IMG/VR virus record: IMGVR_UViG_3300037873_000016
Location: 1 to 40,527 of that record
DNA: 40,527 nt
DNA from: a virus
Lineage: Duplodnaviria; Caudoviricetes
Reading direction: 5' to 3' (one strand)
The position numbers and the translations under genes are program-made. Positions 26,985-34,037 of this stretch are shown here, in pieces (positions within the stretch are counted from its first letter, which is position 1; the number at the start of each line of letters is the position of its first letter). Under the pieces are notes generated by a model. The model was not told the origin of the DNA, made no database searches, and worked only from the letters and a program-made list of their open reading frames with translations.

Positions 26985-27452
26985 TCAGAACCTCCAATCA
27001 GAGCGTAGACAGTTCTCGATTTGCACCGGCGGTAGAGCCTCGTAACGGATCCCACACTCACGGCATTTTGGGCCTCTGACGCGGTGAGATAGACCAGCGC
27101 ACGTGCCGCATGGGCCACGACCTTTTCCTTGCGGCGCCCGGCGACTGCGCTGGCATAGTTTGCATCGCGATTGCAGAGTCGAAGAGCCCGTATAAATTCG
27201 GTAAAAGTGCGCTAGGTTTGCAGGCTTTATCTGCAGACACGCGCAACATCGCTTACTGCCTGCCGGTGCAGGCGGAAGCTTTCGCTGGCGCGCCTTCTCG
27301 CGACGTCGCTCAGTAGTCGCTCGGTTTTTGCAGGTTTGGCACTCGCTACGCCAGTTGCCGGAGCTGTGACGCGTGTAGCGGTTGGTCCACTCGCCGCACT
27401 TGGTGCAGTGCTTCAGCGGCGGGTGCGCGGTTAGGTCGACGTAGTCAGACAC
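26985..27452 (-). CDS. Multi-CxxC zinc-binding protein
   Basis: Six CxxC pairs (CTKC, CQTC, CCAC, CKLC, CGTC, CREC); AAGGAGG RBS. Confidence 0.75.
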   Translation of the reverse strand: MSDYVDLTAHPPLKHCTKCGEWTNRYTRHSSGNWRSECQTCKNRATTERRREKARQRKLPPAPAGSKRCCACLQIKPANLAHFYRIYTGSSTLQSRCKLCQRSRRAPQGKGRGPCGTCAGLSHRVRGPKCRECGIRYEALPPVQIENCLRSDWRF

Positions 27453-27615
27453 AGGCCGCCTCCTTACGCTGCTCGGTCAGCGACCCACGCCAGCCGCACG
27501 AGCAACACCATGCGTCGTCAAAATGAGAGCCGACCTCATCCGGCTCGCCACACTTCGGACAAGGCAGATGTGCCTGAGTCGGAGTCCCGTACTCGTCCCA
27601 AAGCTCGGTGGTCAC
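27445..27615 (-). CDS. Small Zn-ribbon protein, 56 aa
   Basis: GTGA overlap with the MTase stop; PCPKCG...WCCSCGWRG. Below the ORF-track size cutoff. Confidence 0.65.
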   Translation of the reverse strand: MTTELWDEYGTPTQAHLPCPKCGEPDEVGSHFDDAWCCSCGWRGSLTEQRKEAACV

Positions 27616-28208
27616 GACACCACCCCCAGCGATTCGGCTGCTCTACGCGCGTTGCGCGCAATTGAGATTAGGAGCTCGGCGAAGGCCGGCGGCGTGTGAT
27701 TCTTCAAGTTGCGAGACGCGACCGGCAGGCGTTGCAGCTGCCGCGGGCCAGTGCAAACACAATGCGTAGGCGTGCCGGTGCCATGAGCCGAATCAAGCAG
27801 AGGCTGCACGTAACCAGGATCAATGCCGACAACGTACAGCCAAGTCGGTTTCGAGCAGACGTGTCCCCAATCGACTTGGTTGGCGCGATAAGTGCGGCCG
27901 CCCCATGCGTCCGGAAGCTCACCCGGATACGGTAGCCGTGAGAACTGCCAAAGCTGTGAGTGTTCGGGGTGCTCGAGCAGGCCTCGAAACGCTCGGACTT
28001 GCTCCACCGCTTTCGGCCCGCAGCTTACGTCCTGCCTAGTGCACAAGTGTCGGAGCTTTGACCACGGGCCGCAGGGAGGGTGAGCCACAACCGGATAAGG
28101 CCCAGCGTAGTTTCTGGCGTCCCGAGCCTCGTCCCATGCGTCCACGTCGGGCCGGCCCCAGTAGGGACCTTTGCGACTGACGAAAAGGGCGGCAACGGTG
28201 GCCATCAC
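27612..28208 (-). CDS. Short DNA (cytosine-5) methyltransferase-like protein
   Basis: Catalytic-type AHPPC, EHP (ENV-equivalent), Q..WGH...KPTWL and terminal TPPAFA motifs. A canonical FxGxG motif I is not seen. Confidence 0.65.
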   Translation of the reverse strand: MMATVAALFVSRKGPYWGRPDVDAWDEARDARNYAGPYPVVAHPPCGPWSKLRHLCTRQDVSCGPKAVEQVRAFRGLLEHPEHSQLWQFSRLPYPGELPDAWGGRTYRANQVDWGHVCSKPTWLYVVGIDPGYVQPLLDSAHGTGTPTHCVCTGPRQLQRLPVASRNLKNHTPPAFAELLISIARNARRAAESLGVVS

Positions 28209-29515
28209 GACACAACCCCCAGCGATTCAGCGGCCCGAAATAGCTCCCAGCCAGCTATGCTAAGTGCCCAAATGAACTGTGACTCCCGTGTACCGAGGGC
28301 CGGGTATTCACACGGAGTCTCACCAAAGCTCAGCGAGTCTGAAAGAGCTTGTTTCCCGCTAAACCCTGCATTCTCTAGGGGTTTATCGATATCCCCGGTT
28401 AGGCTTAGGAAACCGCTGCTCTTGTCCTCTGAGCTACGAGGGCTAATAGGGTTTTCTGGCTGCTCTGAGTCTTCTGTGTCGGTACCGCCCCCGCTCTGTG
28501 TGACGTCCTTGTACTCTGGGAGTAATGGCAGCGCCAGCTCTAGCTTACGCTCGGCGAGCTGGGCAAGCGCCTCGGTCGTGGGCTGCCCGTAGACCCGGTC
28601 AACCATGGTGGTCGTCGTGTGCCCGAGCAGCCGGCGAACCACGTCCCGGTCCACGCCCGCTTCGATGAGCAGCGTCGAATGGGTCCGACGCAGGTCGTTG
28701 CTCGTGACCTTATCGATGCCCGCCCGGCGGCACGCCGCTGCCATATCCCGCCAAACCTTGCCCCAGGGTTCCACCGGCAGCCACGGCCGCGCTTGCTCGA
28801 GCAATGGGCGGTAGAACGACAGGATGGGAACCCAACGCTGGGAGCTCTTGGTCTTGGTGCCCCGGATAAGAACGCGTTCTTTTTCGATGTCGGTCGGCAG
28901 CAACCGACGAGCCTCTCCCAGCCGGCAGCCAAGAGCCACACAGATGGCCACCAGAGCGCTTCGGTGCGGAGGGAGCTCCGTGAGCAGGGCCACAAGCTCC
29001 GGACGCGTTAGAGCGCGTTTACGTGGCACGTAGCCGGCATGCAGGTCCGGGGGTCTCAGGGTCTCAATGTCAATCGGGTAGCAACCGCCGCGCTTGGCGA
29101 GCCGGAGCACCGAGAGCAGGTGGGTTACCTCTTTGCTGATGGTGTGGTCCGAGACGCCCTCCTCGCGACGCTGAGCCACGTAGGTGTCGAATGCAGCAGG
29201 AGTCAGGGTGGCAAGCGGAGTCTCAGCGCCGACGAGGCGTATCCAGTGCCCGAGCTTCTGTCGAGCGACTGTCATTGTGTCAGGACTCGCGGTGCGAGCC
29301 TTGGCAGCCAACCAGCGGCTTACCCATTCCCCGAGCCGGCTGGTTTCCGCGGCTGCGTGAGCGGGATCGGCTGCGATGCGCTCCCTAGCAACGCGCCAAC
29401 GTTTGGCCGCTTCGAGGTCCGTGCAGTGTGTGCTCGTCCTTTGGCGCGTGACCGGGTCTCTCGTCCACCAGACTTTTCCGCGCTTGTAGAAGCCGTCTCT
29501 CTTAACTGTACCCAT
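28205..29515 (-). CDS. int: Tyrosine integrase with C-terminal extension containing attP
   Basis: GCRLGE (R), GTKT (K), NDLRRT (HxxR with H->N), LLGH and VY (Tyr). The start is ATG 29515 or GTG 29545. Confidence 0.92.
   Translation of the reverse strand: MGTVKRDGFYKRGKVWWTRDPVTRQRTSTHCTDLEAAKRWRVARERIAADPAHAAAETSRLGEWVSRWLAAKARTASPDTMTVARQKLGHWIRLVGAETPLATLTPAAFDTYVAQRREEGVSDHTISKEVTHLLSVLRLAKRGGCYPIDIETLRPPDLHAGYVPRKRALTRPELVALLTELPPHRSALVAICVALGCRLGEARRLLPTDIEKERVLIRGTKTKSSQRWVPILSFYRPLLEQARPWLPVEPWGKVWRDMAAACRRAGIDKVTSNDLRRTHSTLLIEAGVDRDVVRRLLGHTTTTMVDRVYGQPTTEALAQLAERKLELALPLLPEYKDVTQSGGGTDTEDSEQPENPISPRSSEDKSSGFLSLTGDIDKPLENAGFSGKQALSDSLSFGETPCEYPALGTRESQFIWALSIAGWELFRAAESLGVVS
28402..28443 (-). 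other. Putative attP core: 5' half of a tRNA-Arg(CCT) gene embedded in int
   Basis: GCCCTCG TA GCTC AGAGGACAA GAGC A GCGGT TTCCTAA GCC gives the acceptor 5' strand, D arm and anticodon loop. tRNA similarity stops there, with no T arm. Confidence 0.8.
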
Positions 29516-29652
29516 CGCTGCCAACCTTCCTCGCTGATTCGCCACTCACCGGTAGAGATTTGCCACGCGCCGGCGTCCTTCATCTGCCCGATAGCTACAC
29601 GCCGCGTGCAGCTCATGAGCGTAGCTAGATCATCTGGAGTGAAGATCTTCAT
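29320..29652 (-). CDS. xis: Excisionase-like winged-HTH protein overlapping the int 5' end
   Basis: MKIFTPDDLATLMSCTRR...WRISEEGWQRW. Start ATG 29652 by ATGA overlap. The xis/int overlap is the usual arrangement. Confidence 0.7.
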   Translation of the reverse strand: MKIFTPDDLATLMSCTRRVAIGQMKDAGAWQISTGEWRISEEGWQRWVQLRETASTSAEKSGGRETRSRAKGRAHTARTSKRPNVGALLGSASQPIPLTQPRKPAGSGNG

Positions 29653-29906
29653 GCCGCTTTCTTTCCTTCTTCGAGCAGAACCAGCGCCTCGAGCGACCGA
29701 AGCGGGACAGCCCCGCGCTCCCACGCGCCGTAGCTCCGTACGCTCACGCCCAAGCGCCTGGCAGCCTCCTCCTGACTGATGCCAACCGAACACCGGGCGC
29801 GCCGTAATCGAGCGGCAGCACGCTTCCTGGCGTCAGCACGAGGGGTCTGTACCTTGACGCCTCGTAACAGGCAGAGTGTCGTGGCCGGCTTCGAGGAGTG
29901 AGACAT
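29649..29906 (-). CDS. XRE-family HTH regulator
   Basis: LRRAR...GISQEEAARRLGVSVRSYGAWERG. Confidence 0.85.
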   Translation of the reverse strand: MSHSSKPATTLCLLRGVKVQTPRADARKRAAARLRRARCSVGISQEEAARRLGVSVRSYGAWERGAVPLRSLEALVLLEEGKKAA

Positions 29907-30270
29907 GCGATTAATCTTTGCTGTGGTGGTGATGATGATGGGATGCGGAGAGGCGACGCCCGCGGAAGCCCCTCAGGGCACCGGAGGCAGGGCCGGAACA
30001 GGCGGATTTACTGCAACCGGTGGCGCCGCCGGTGAGCCCAGCGTCGGAGATTTTTGGGACGATTGCGCGCCAGTCAGCAACTCGGCATACGCGCAGTGCC
30101 CGGAGCTCGCGGAACGGATGGCGCTGGTGCTCCCAGTCGTCCCACCGATCTGCCCAGACGGGCTCCTACGCTGCACATTTCGGTGCGTCGACCAGCAACG
30201 CGAGCTGCTCTGTATCAGCCTCGGAGGCGAGTGCTCATTGCCCGGGAGTCCCGCCGGATGCCAGCCGTAA
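29905..30270 (+). CDS. Cys-rich lipoprotein of myxobacterial style
   Basis: GAGGAG RBS; signal peptide MRLIFAVVVMMMG-C; GTGGRAGTGG..TGG linker; 8 further Cys. Confidence 0.8.
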   Translation: MRLIFAVVVMMMGCGEATPAEAPQGTGGRAGTGGFTATGGAAGEPSVGDFWDDCAPVSNSAYAQCPELAERMALVLPVVPPICPDGLLRCTFRCVDQQRELLCISLGGECSLPGSPAGCQP

Positions 30271-30271
30271 A

Positions 30272-30490
30272 TCATGCCGCATCGCCCTTGCTGGAACGCG
30301 CTGGCTCATCCCACAGAGTCCACCGGATCCCTAAGATATCCTCGAGTTTTGCGCGAGTCTTAGAGGCCGGCAGCCGTCCCTTCAACCAATTGGTAACGAC
30401 AGCCTGAGATATGCCTAGCTTCTCGGCTAAACGGCGCTTAGCGCCGCGCTCCGAGAGCCGCTCGGCCAGTATTTGTGCGCCGCGGTTCAT
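30272..30490 (-). CDS. Cro-like XRE regulator
   Basis: MNRGAQILAERL...RRLAEKLGISQAVVTNWLKG..P. Start ATG 30490; divergent from the repressor gene. Confidence 0.85.
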   Translation of the reverse strand: MNRGAQILAERLSERGAKRRLAEKLGISQAVVTNWLKGRLPASKTRAKLEDILGIRWTLWDEPARSSKGDAA

Positions 30491-30495
30491 GGAAT

Positions 30496-30565
30496 CTAGT
30501 AAGCACCTAACGACAAGATTGTCAACAGGGCAATCGTTGCAGGACCTTGTCAGGCCGACAAGAAT
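30496..30565. promoter_or_regulatory. Divergent lysis/lysogeny switch promoters with two TTGTC-N5-G(A/G)CAA operators
   Basis: Minus-strand TTGACA at 30525-30520. Plus-strand TTGCAG(30537)-17 nt-AAGAAT(30560). Operators TTGTCaacagGGCAA at 30519-30533 and TTGTCaggccGACAA at 30547-30561. Confidence 0.7.
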
Positions 30566-30572
30566 GTGCACC

Positions 30573-30884
30573 GTGAAGCCAAAACCGATACCGCCAGCCA
30601 TGAAGTCTTTGGGTAAGCGCGTGGAGTATCAGCGCGAACGCGCAGATCTAACCGTGACGGCCCTGGCGGCTCGCGCAGGGATGACGCCCGGAGCCATCAG
30701 CCGAATCGAAGACGGCTCTCGCGTGCCTGGTATTAAGGCGGCCACTGTGCTCAGGCTGGCGAACGCGTTGGGCTGCCCAGTTGGCTGGTTAATTGCCGAC
30801 GAAGGTGACCCGGGACCGGTCCCAGTTTTCAGAGAAGCTGGAGACCGACGCCGAAAGTCCAACCGTAGCGAGAGCCCTGAGTAG
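30573..30884 (+). CDS. CI-like XRE repressor (no S24 peptidase domain)
   Basis: LGKRV...RERADLTVTALAARAGMTPGAISRIEDG...LANALGC...WL. The start is GTG 30573, ATG 30564 or ATG 30600. Confidence 0.85.
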   Translation: MKPKPIPPAMKSLGKRVEYQRERADLTVTALAARAGMTPGAISRIEDGSRVPGIKAATVLRLANALGCPVGWLIADEGDPGPVPVFREAGDRRRKSNRSESPE

Positions 30885-31060
30885 GTAGGGCCTCGAACCT
30901 ATTACTACGGCCACCACCTCGTGCTCGTCCTCCAGATAGAGGGTGAGCCGCCAGGCCTGCTCGGCGTCGTCCCATACAATTAGGCCGCAAAATTCAGGCA
31001 TAAGATCGCAGGCTAGCCCGGCCACTAGACCTGAGGATGACTATTTTCTGTGAGCTATCA

Positions 31061-31096
31061 TTGTCCACTTGACAAGCTTGTCGCGTTGACAATAAT
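31061..31096 (+). promoter_or_regulatory. Early promoter overlapped by two tandem operators
   Basis: TTGACA at 31069-31074, 16-nt spacer, AATAAT at 31091-31096. Operators TTGTCcacttGACAA at 31061-31075 and TTGTCgcgttGACAA at 31078-31092. Confidence 0.8.
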
Positions 31097-31102
31097 GACT
31101 GC

Positions 31103-31273
31103 ATGGTCATCAAAATCAAGTGCCGCCAGCTCAGCGACGGGGCTCTGGAGCTGGAATTGCGCCTGGAGGAGAAGCCCCGACCAGTAATCGATACTGAGGG
31201 CGTAGAGCTCTATGAGCCGCGCCCTCTCGCGAAGTGCGGGCAGGTAATCGAGCTCAGGCGGAGGGCGTCGTGA
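31103..31273 (+). CDS. Small early protein (56 aa), probably leaderless
   Basis: MVIKIKCRQLSDG...RRRAS. The ATG begins at the 7th nt after the -10 box, and the stop overlaps the next GTG. Confidence 0.65.
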   Translation: MVIKIKCRQLSDGALELELRLEEKPRPVIDTEGVELYEPRPLAKCGQVIELRRRAS

Positions 31274-31623
31274 GTACCCTCCTCATCGAGATAGTGTCGG
31301 CGCCAATCGGCCACGAGGATCTTGGAGCCTTCGCGACTGAGCTCGAGATCTCATACACGCGTGAGACCGGGACTATCGAGGACGCCTGGTGGCTGCAGAT
31401 CAGGTTCGCCGCCGGCAATCACTACCGAACGGTTCGCGTGCCTGTCCCCGTCGACCTCGCGTGGAGCCTGCTCGGAGGCAAGAGCGTACGGGTGACCGAA
31501 TACATCGATAGGCTAGCTGACGAGGCTGCGCAGCGGAGGGCAATCTATTGCCCGGGAGGATGCGGCGCGACAGCAGAGGACGACTGCTCATGTTGGCAGC
31601 AGGACGAACGGGTGAGGTTATGA
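31270..31623 (+). CDS. Hypothetical early protein with Cys-rich C-terminus
   Basis: GTGA overlap, GGAGG RBS; CPGGCG...CSC. Confidence 0.65.
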   Translation: MSTLLIEIVSAPIGHEDLGAFATELEISYTRETGTIEDAWWLQIRFAAGNHYRTVRVPVPVDLAWSLLGGKSVRVTEYIDRLADEAAQRRAIYCPGGCGATAEDDCSCWQQDERVRL

Positions 31624-31844
31624 TGTGTATTGACGAGCAGTGGCTGGCCACTCAGCAACGCCGCCAGCGTTACGCGATCGGCACCCGAGCGTTGTTACTC
31701 TATCGTTCGGGCTACCGATTCAGCGCGGGGCGCATCGACGACCAATGGGTGATCTCGTGCACTGCGCCAGACGGCTCGCTCGAGACAATCGCGCGCGCGG
31801 ACCTGTATGACGCTTGGGCAAACCTACTGCAGAGGTTGATTTGA
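31620..31844 (+). CDS. Hypothetical early protein
   Basis: ATGA overlap and GAGG RBS; MMCIDEQWL. Confidence 0.65.
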   Translation: MMCIDEQWLATQQRRQRYAIGTRALLLYRSGYRFSAGRIDDQWVISCTAPDGSLETIARADLYDAWANLLQRLI

Positions 31845-32023
31845 TGTCTACTGATGCATTGTTGTTTGAGGCATTGTTGGTCGACGATGCGAGCTGGGTT
31901 ACCGAACTGGTAAGAGCCAGGCGAGCATACGCAAACTGCATACTGATCCACCCCTCAAAGCTGCCCACTGAAGAGCAGCTGGACGCGGTGCACGAATGTT
32001 TATTGGAGGTCATCAATGGCTGA
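31844..32023 (+). CDS. Hypothetical early protein
   Basis: TGATG overlap; MSTDALLFEALL. Confidence 0.6.
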   Translation: MSTDALLFEALLVDDASWVTELVRARRAYANCILIHPSKLPTEEQLDAVHECLLEVING

Positions 32024-33452
32024 GTTAATACTAATCGACCTGTCAGGGATTTTCTGGGCTTCGTGGCACGCCACGATCGACCAAGAGGTGAGCGCCGCCT
32101 ACGAAAATACGCTGGCGACCGTGCGCCGGCTCGCTCACGGCTACGAGCATGTCGCCATCTGCATGGATGCGCCGCCATACCTGCGAAAAAAGCTGTGTCC
32201 CGAATACAAAGCGCAACGCGATGCACCGGCGCCTCAGGCCATTGAGCAATTCAGTCGCGTCAAACGCCGGCTCGCTGCAGATGGGTTCCTACTCTGGTCA
32301 GTCGAGGGCTACGAAGCGGACGATGTGATCGCCACGGCGGTAACGCGCGCGATAGACGATCGATTGCCGGTGACCATCGCCAGTGGAGACAAAGACCTGC
32401 TGCAGCTCGTGGACGACTCCCTAGCCGTCCAGTTGCTCAAGCCGAGCGACGGCACTGTATTCAGAAACAAGGATGTGATCTCCAAATTTGGCGTGCTTCC
32501 ATGGCAGATGCGGGACTTACTCGCTTTGATGGGCGACAAGTCAGACAACATACCAGGCGTGCCTGGCATCGGACCTAAGACCGCTGCGAAGCTGCTACAC
32601 GACTTTGATGATATCGATGGGCTGCTGCGTGAGCTAGAGACCCTGCCGGCTGGCAAAGTGCGGAGCTCGCTGGTGGAAAATGTCACTCAGCTAACGCTGT
32701 CGCGCAAGCTCGTGACGCTACACGATAACGTGCCCATAAATTGGGAAAAATTATTCCAGGAACGCGCGCCGGAGAAACTGACGGAGGAAGACATGGGAGA
32801 CATCGATGAAGCTGACGACATTGGAAAAACGGAGGAGGCGGCGCCCGCCGAAGTGATCGAGCACACTCTGATTATGCCGGGTTGCAACGATCCAATACCC
32901 GAAGCAAAGCCGGACGCTCTGGCCGTCCGTAGCAATGGCGGCGTGCAGGTGTTCGAGCAGGGACTGCAGCCGGGCACGCTTGGGGCAGCCTACAAGCTCG
33001 CGCGTGGGCTCTATGAGTCGCGGCTTTACTCGCGCTTCCCGAATCCTGAGGCAATCTGGGCTGTCATCATCCGAGGCAGAGAAATGGGCATCGGGGCGCT
33101 GACCGCACTGGACACGTTCCATGTGATCGAGGGCAAGCCAGCGCCTAGCGCACACCTCTTGATCTCACGGGCCAAGCAGCATCCTGATTGTGAGTATTTC
33201 CAGTTCATCTCCGGCGACGCGACACACGCAGAGTACGAGACTAAGAACCGTCGGAACCCGAAACCAACGAGGCTCAAGTACACGTTGGAGCAGGCCAAGA
33301 AAGCAGATTTGCTGCGTACCAAGAGCGGCAAGCCATCTAACTGGCAGATGCGCCCGGAAGAAATGCTTAGAAAAACGGCCGCGGTTCAACTCGCTCGCAT
33401 CGAGTATCCAGAGGCCCTGCTGGGAGCATATGCTGTAGAGGAGCTCGAATAA
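32016..33452 (+). CDS. 5'-3' exonuclease (Pol I/FEN-type) fused to a RecT-like single-strand annealing domain
   Basis: N-terminus: LILID, YKAQR, EADDVIAT, SGDKDLLQL, LMGDKSDNIPGVPGIGPKTA. C-terminus: IIRGREMGIG...AL...HVIEGKP...A.KA.L...NW...PEEML...A....AR..YPE.L.G.Y..EEL. Confidence 0.88.
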   Translation: MAELILIDLSGIFWASWHATIDQEVSAAYENTLATVRRLAHGYEHVAICMDAPPYLRKKLCPEYKAQRDAPAPQAIEQFSRVKRRLAADGFLLWSVEGYEADDVIATAVTRAIDDRLPVTIASGDKDLLQLVDDSLAVQLLKPSDGTVFRNKDVISKFGVLPWQMRDLLALMGDKSDNIPGVPGIGPKTAAKLLHDFDDIDGLLRELETLPAGKVRSSLVENVTQLTLSRKLVTLHDNVPINWEKLFQERAPEKLTEEDMGDIDEADDIGKTEEAAPAEVIEHTLIMPGCNDPIPEAKPDALAVRSNGGVQVFEQGLQPGTLGAAYKLARGLYESRLYSRFPNPEAIWAVIIRGREMGIGALTALDTFHVIEGKPAPSAHLLISRAKQHPDCEYFQFISGDATHAEYETKNRRNPKPTRLKYTLEQAKKADLLRTKSGKPSNWQMRPEEMLRKTAAVQLARIEYPEALLGAYAVEELE

Positions 33453-33721
33453 TGCCAACCCTCGCCGAGCTCTTGATGAATGCTGCCCGCGAGCTTGAAT
33501 CACAGGACGCTCTAATCAAGCGCTTGACCGAAGCCAACCTGAATTTTCAGCGGCTGCACGAGGCTATCCGAAACGACCGCGACGAGGCATTGCAAAAGCT
33601 CGCGCTTCTGGAGATGCTGGTGGAGGCAGAGAGCGAGAACCCGCGGAGCGGCTCGGCTGATTTCTGCGAATTCGTTGGCACTGTCGATAGGATTTTGAAA
33701 GGCGGTAAAATCAATGGCTGA
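33452..33721 (+). CDS. Hypothetical coiled-coil protein
   Basis: TAATG coupling and GAGGAG RBS. Confidence 0.7.
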   Translation: MPTLAELLMNAARELESQDALIKRLTEANLNFQRLHEAIRNDRDEALQKLALLEMLVEAESENPRSGSADFCEFVGTVDRILKGGKING

Positions 33722-33798
33722 CCAAACATGTGCTCGCGGCGTCCCCCACGGGCGCAACAAGCCGCGAGATGTGCCGAAACAATCGCAACGGGGAGCAA

Positions 33799-33978
33799 AT
33801 GACCGACCACGACAACGAGATCGTTAACGCAATCGTCCAGTACAGCGAAACGGGCCACGCCGGTGCTGGCTGGTACGTGTGGGACGCTGAGTACCCGGAC
33901 GAGGGCGCGGAGTTTTTTGACCACGAGCCGACGGAGTTAGAGTTACAAGAGCGTGGATACCGAAAGGAGCCAACATAA
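33799..33978 (+). CDS. Small acidic hypothetical protein
   Basis: GGGAG RBS before ATG 33799; MTDHDNE...GWYVWD. Confidence 0.6.
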   Translation: MTDHDNEIVNAIVQYSETGHAGAGWYVWDAEYPDEGAEFFDHEPTELELQERGYRKEPT

Positions 33979-34037
33979 TGGGTGGATCAAACGAAGGCGT
34001 GCGAATCGTGCACACGTGGGGATAGTGTGAAACAGAA

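Noticed and set aside
28290-28443. Complete tRNA-Arg gene within int
   Set aside because: Similarity stops three bases after the anticodon loop and no T arm follows. The CGAGGGC near 28294 is on the wrong strand to be the acceptor 3' strand.
30789-31025. Minus-strand ORF between the repressor and the early promoter
   Set aside because: It may be real but overlaps the repressor 3' end in antisense and has no clear RBS or motif, so support is insufficient.
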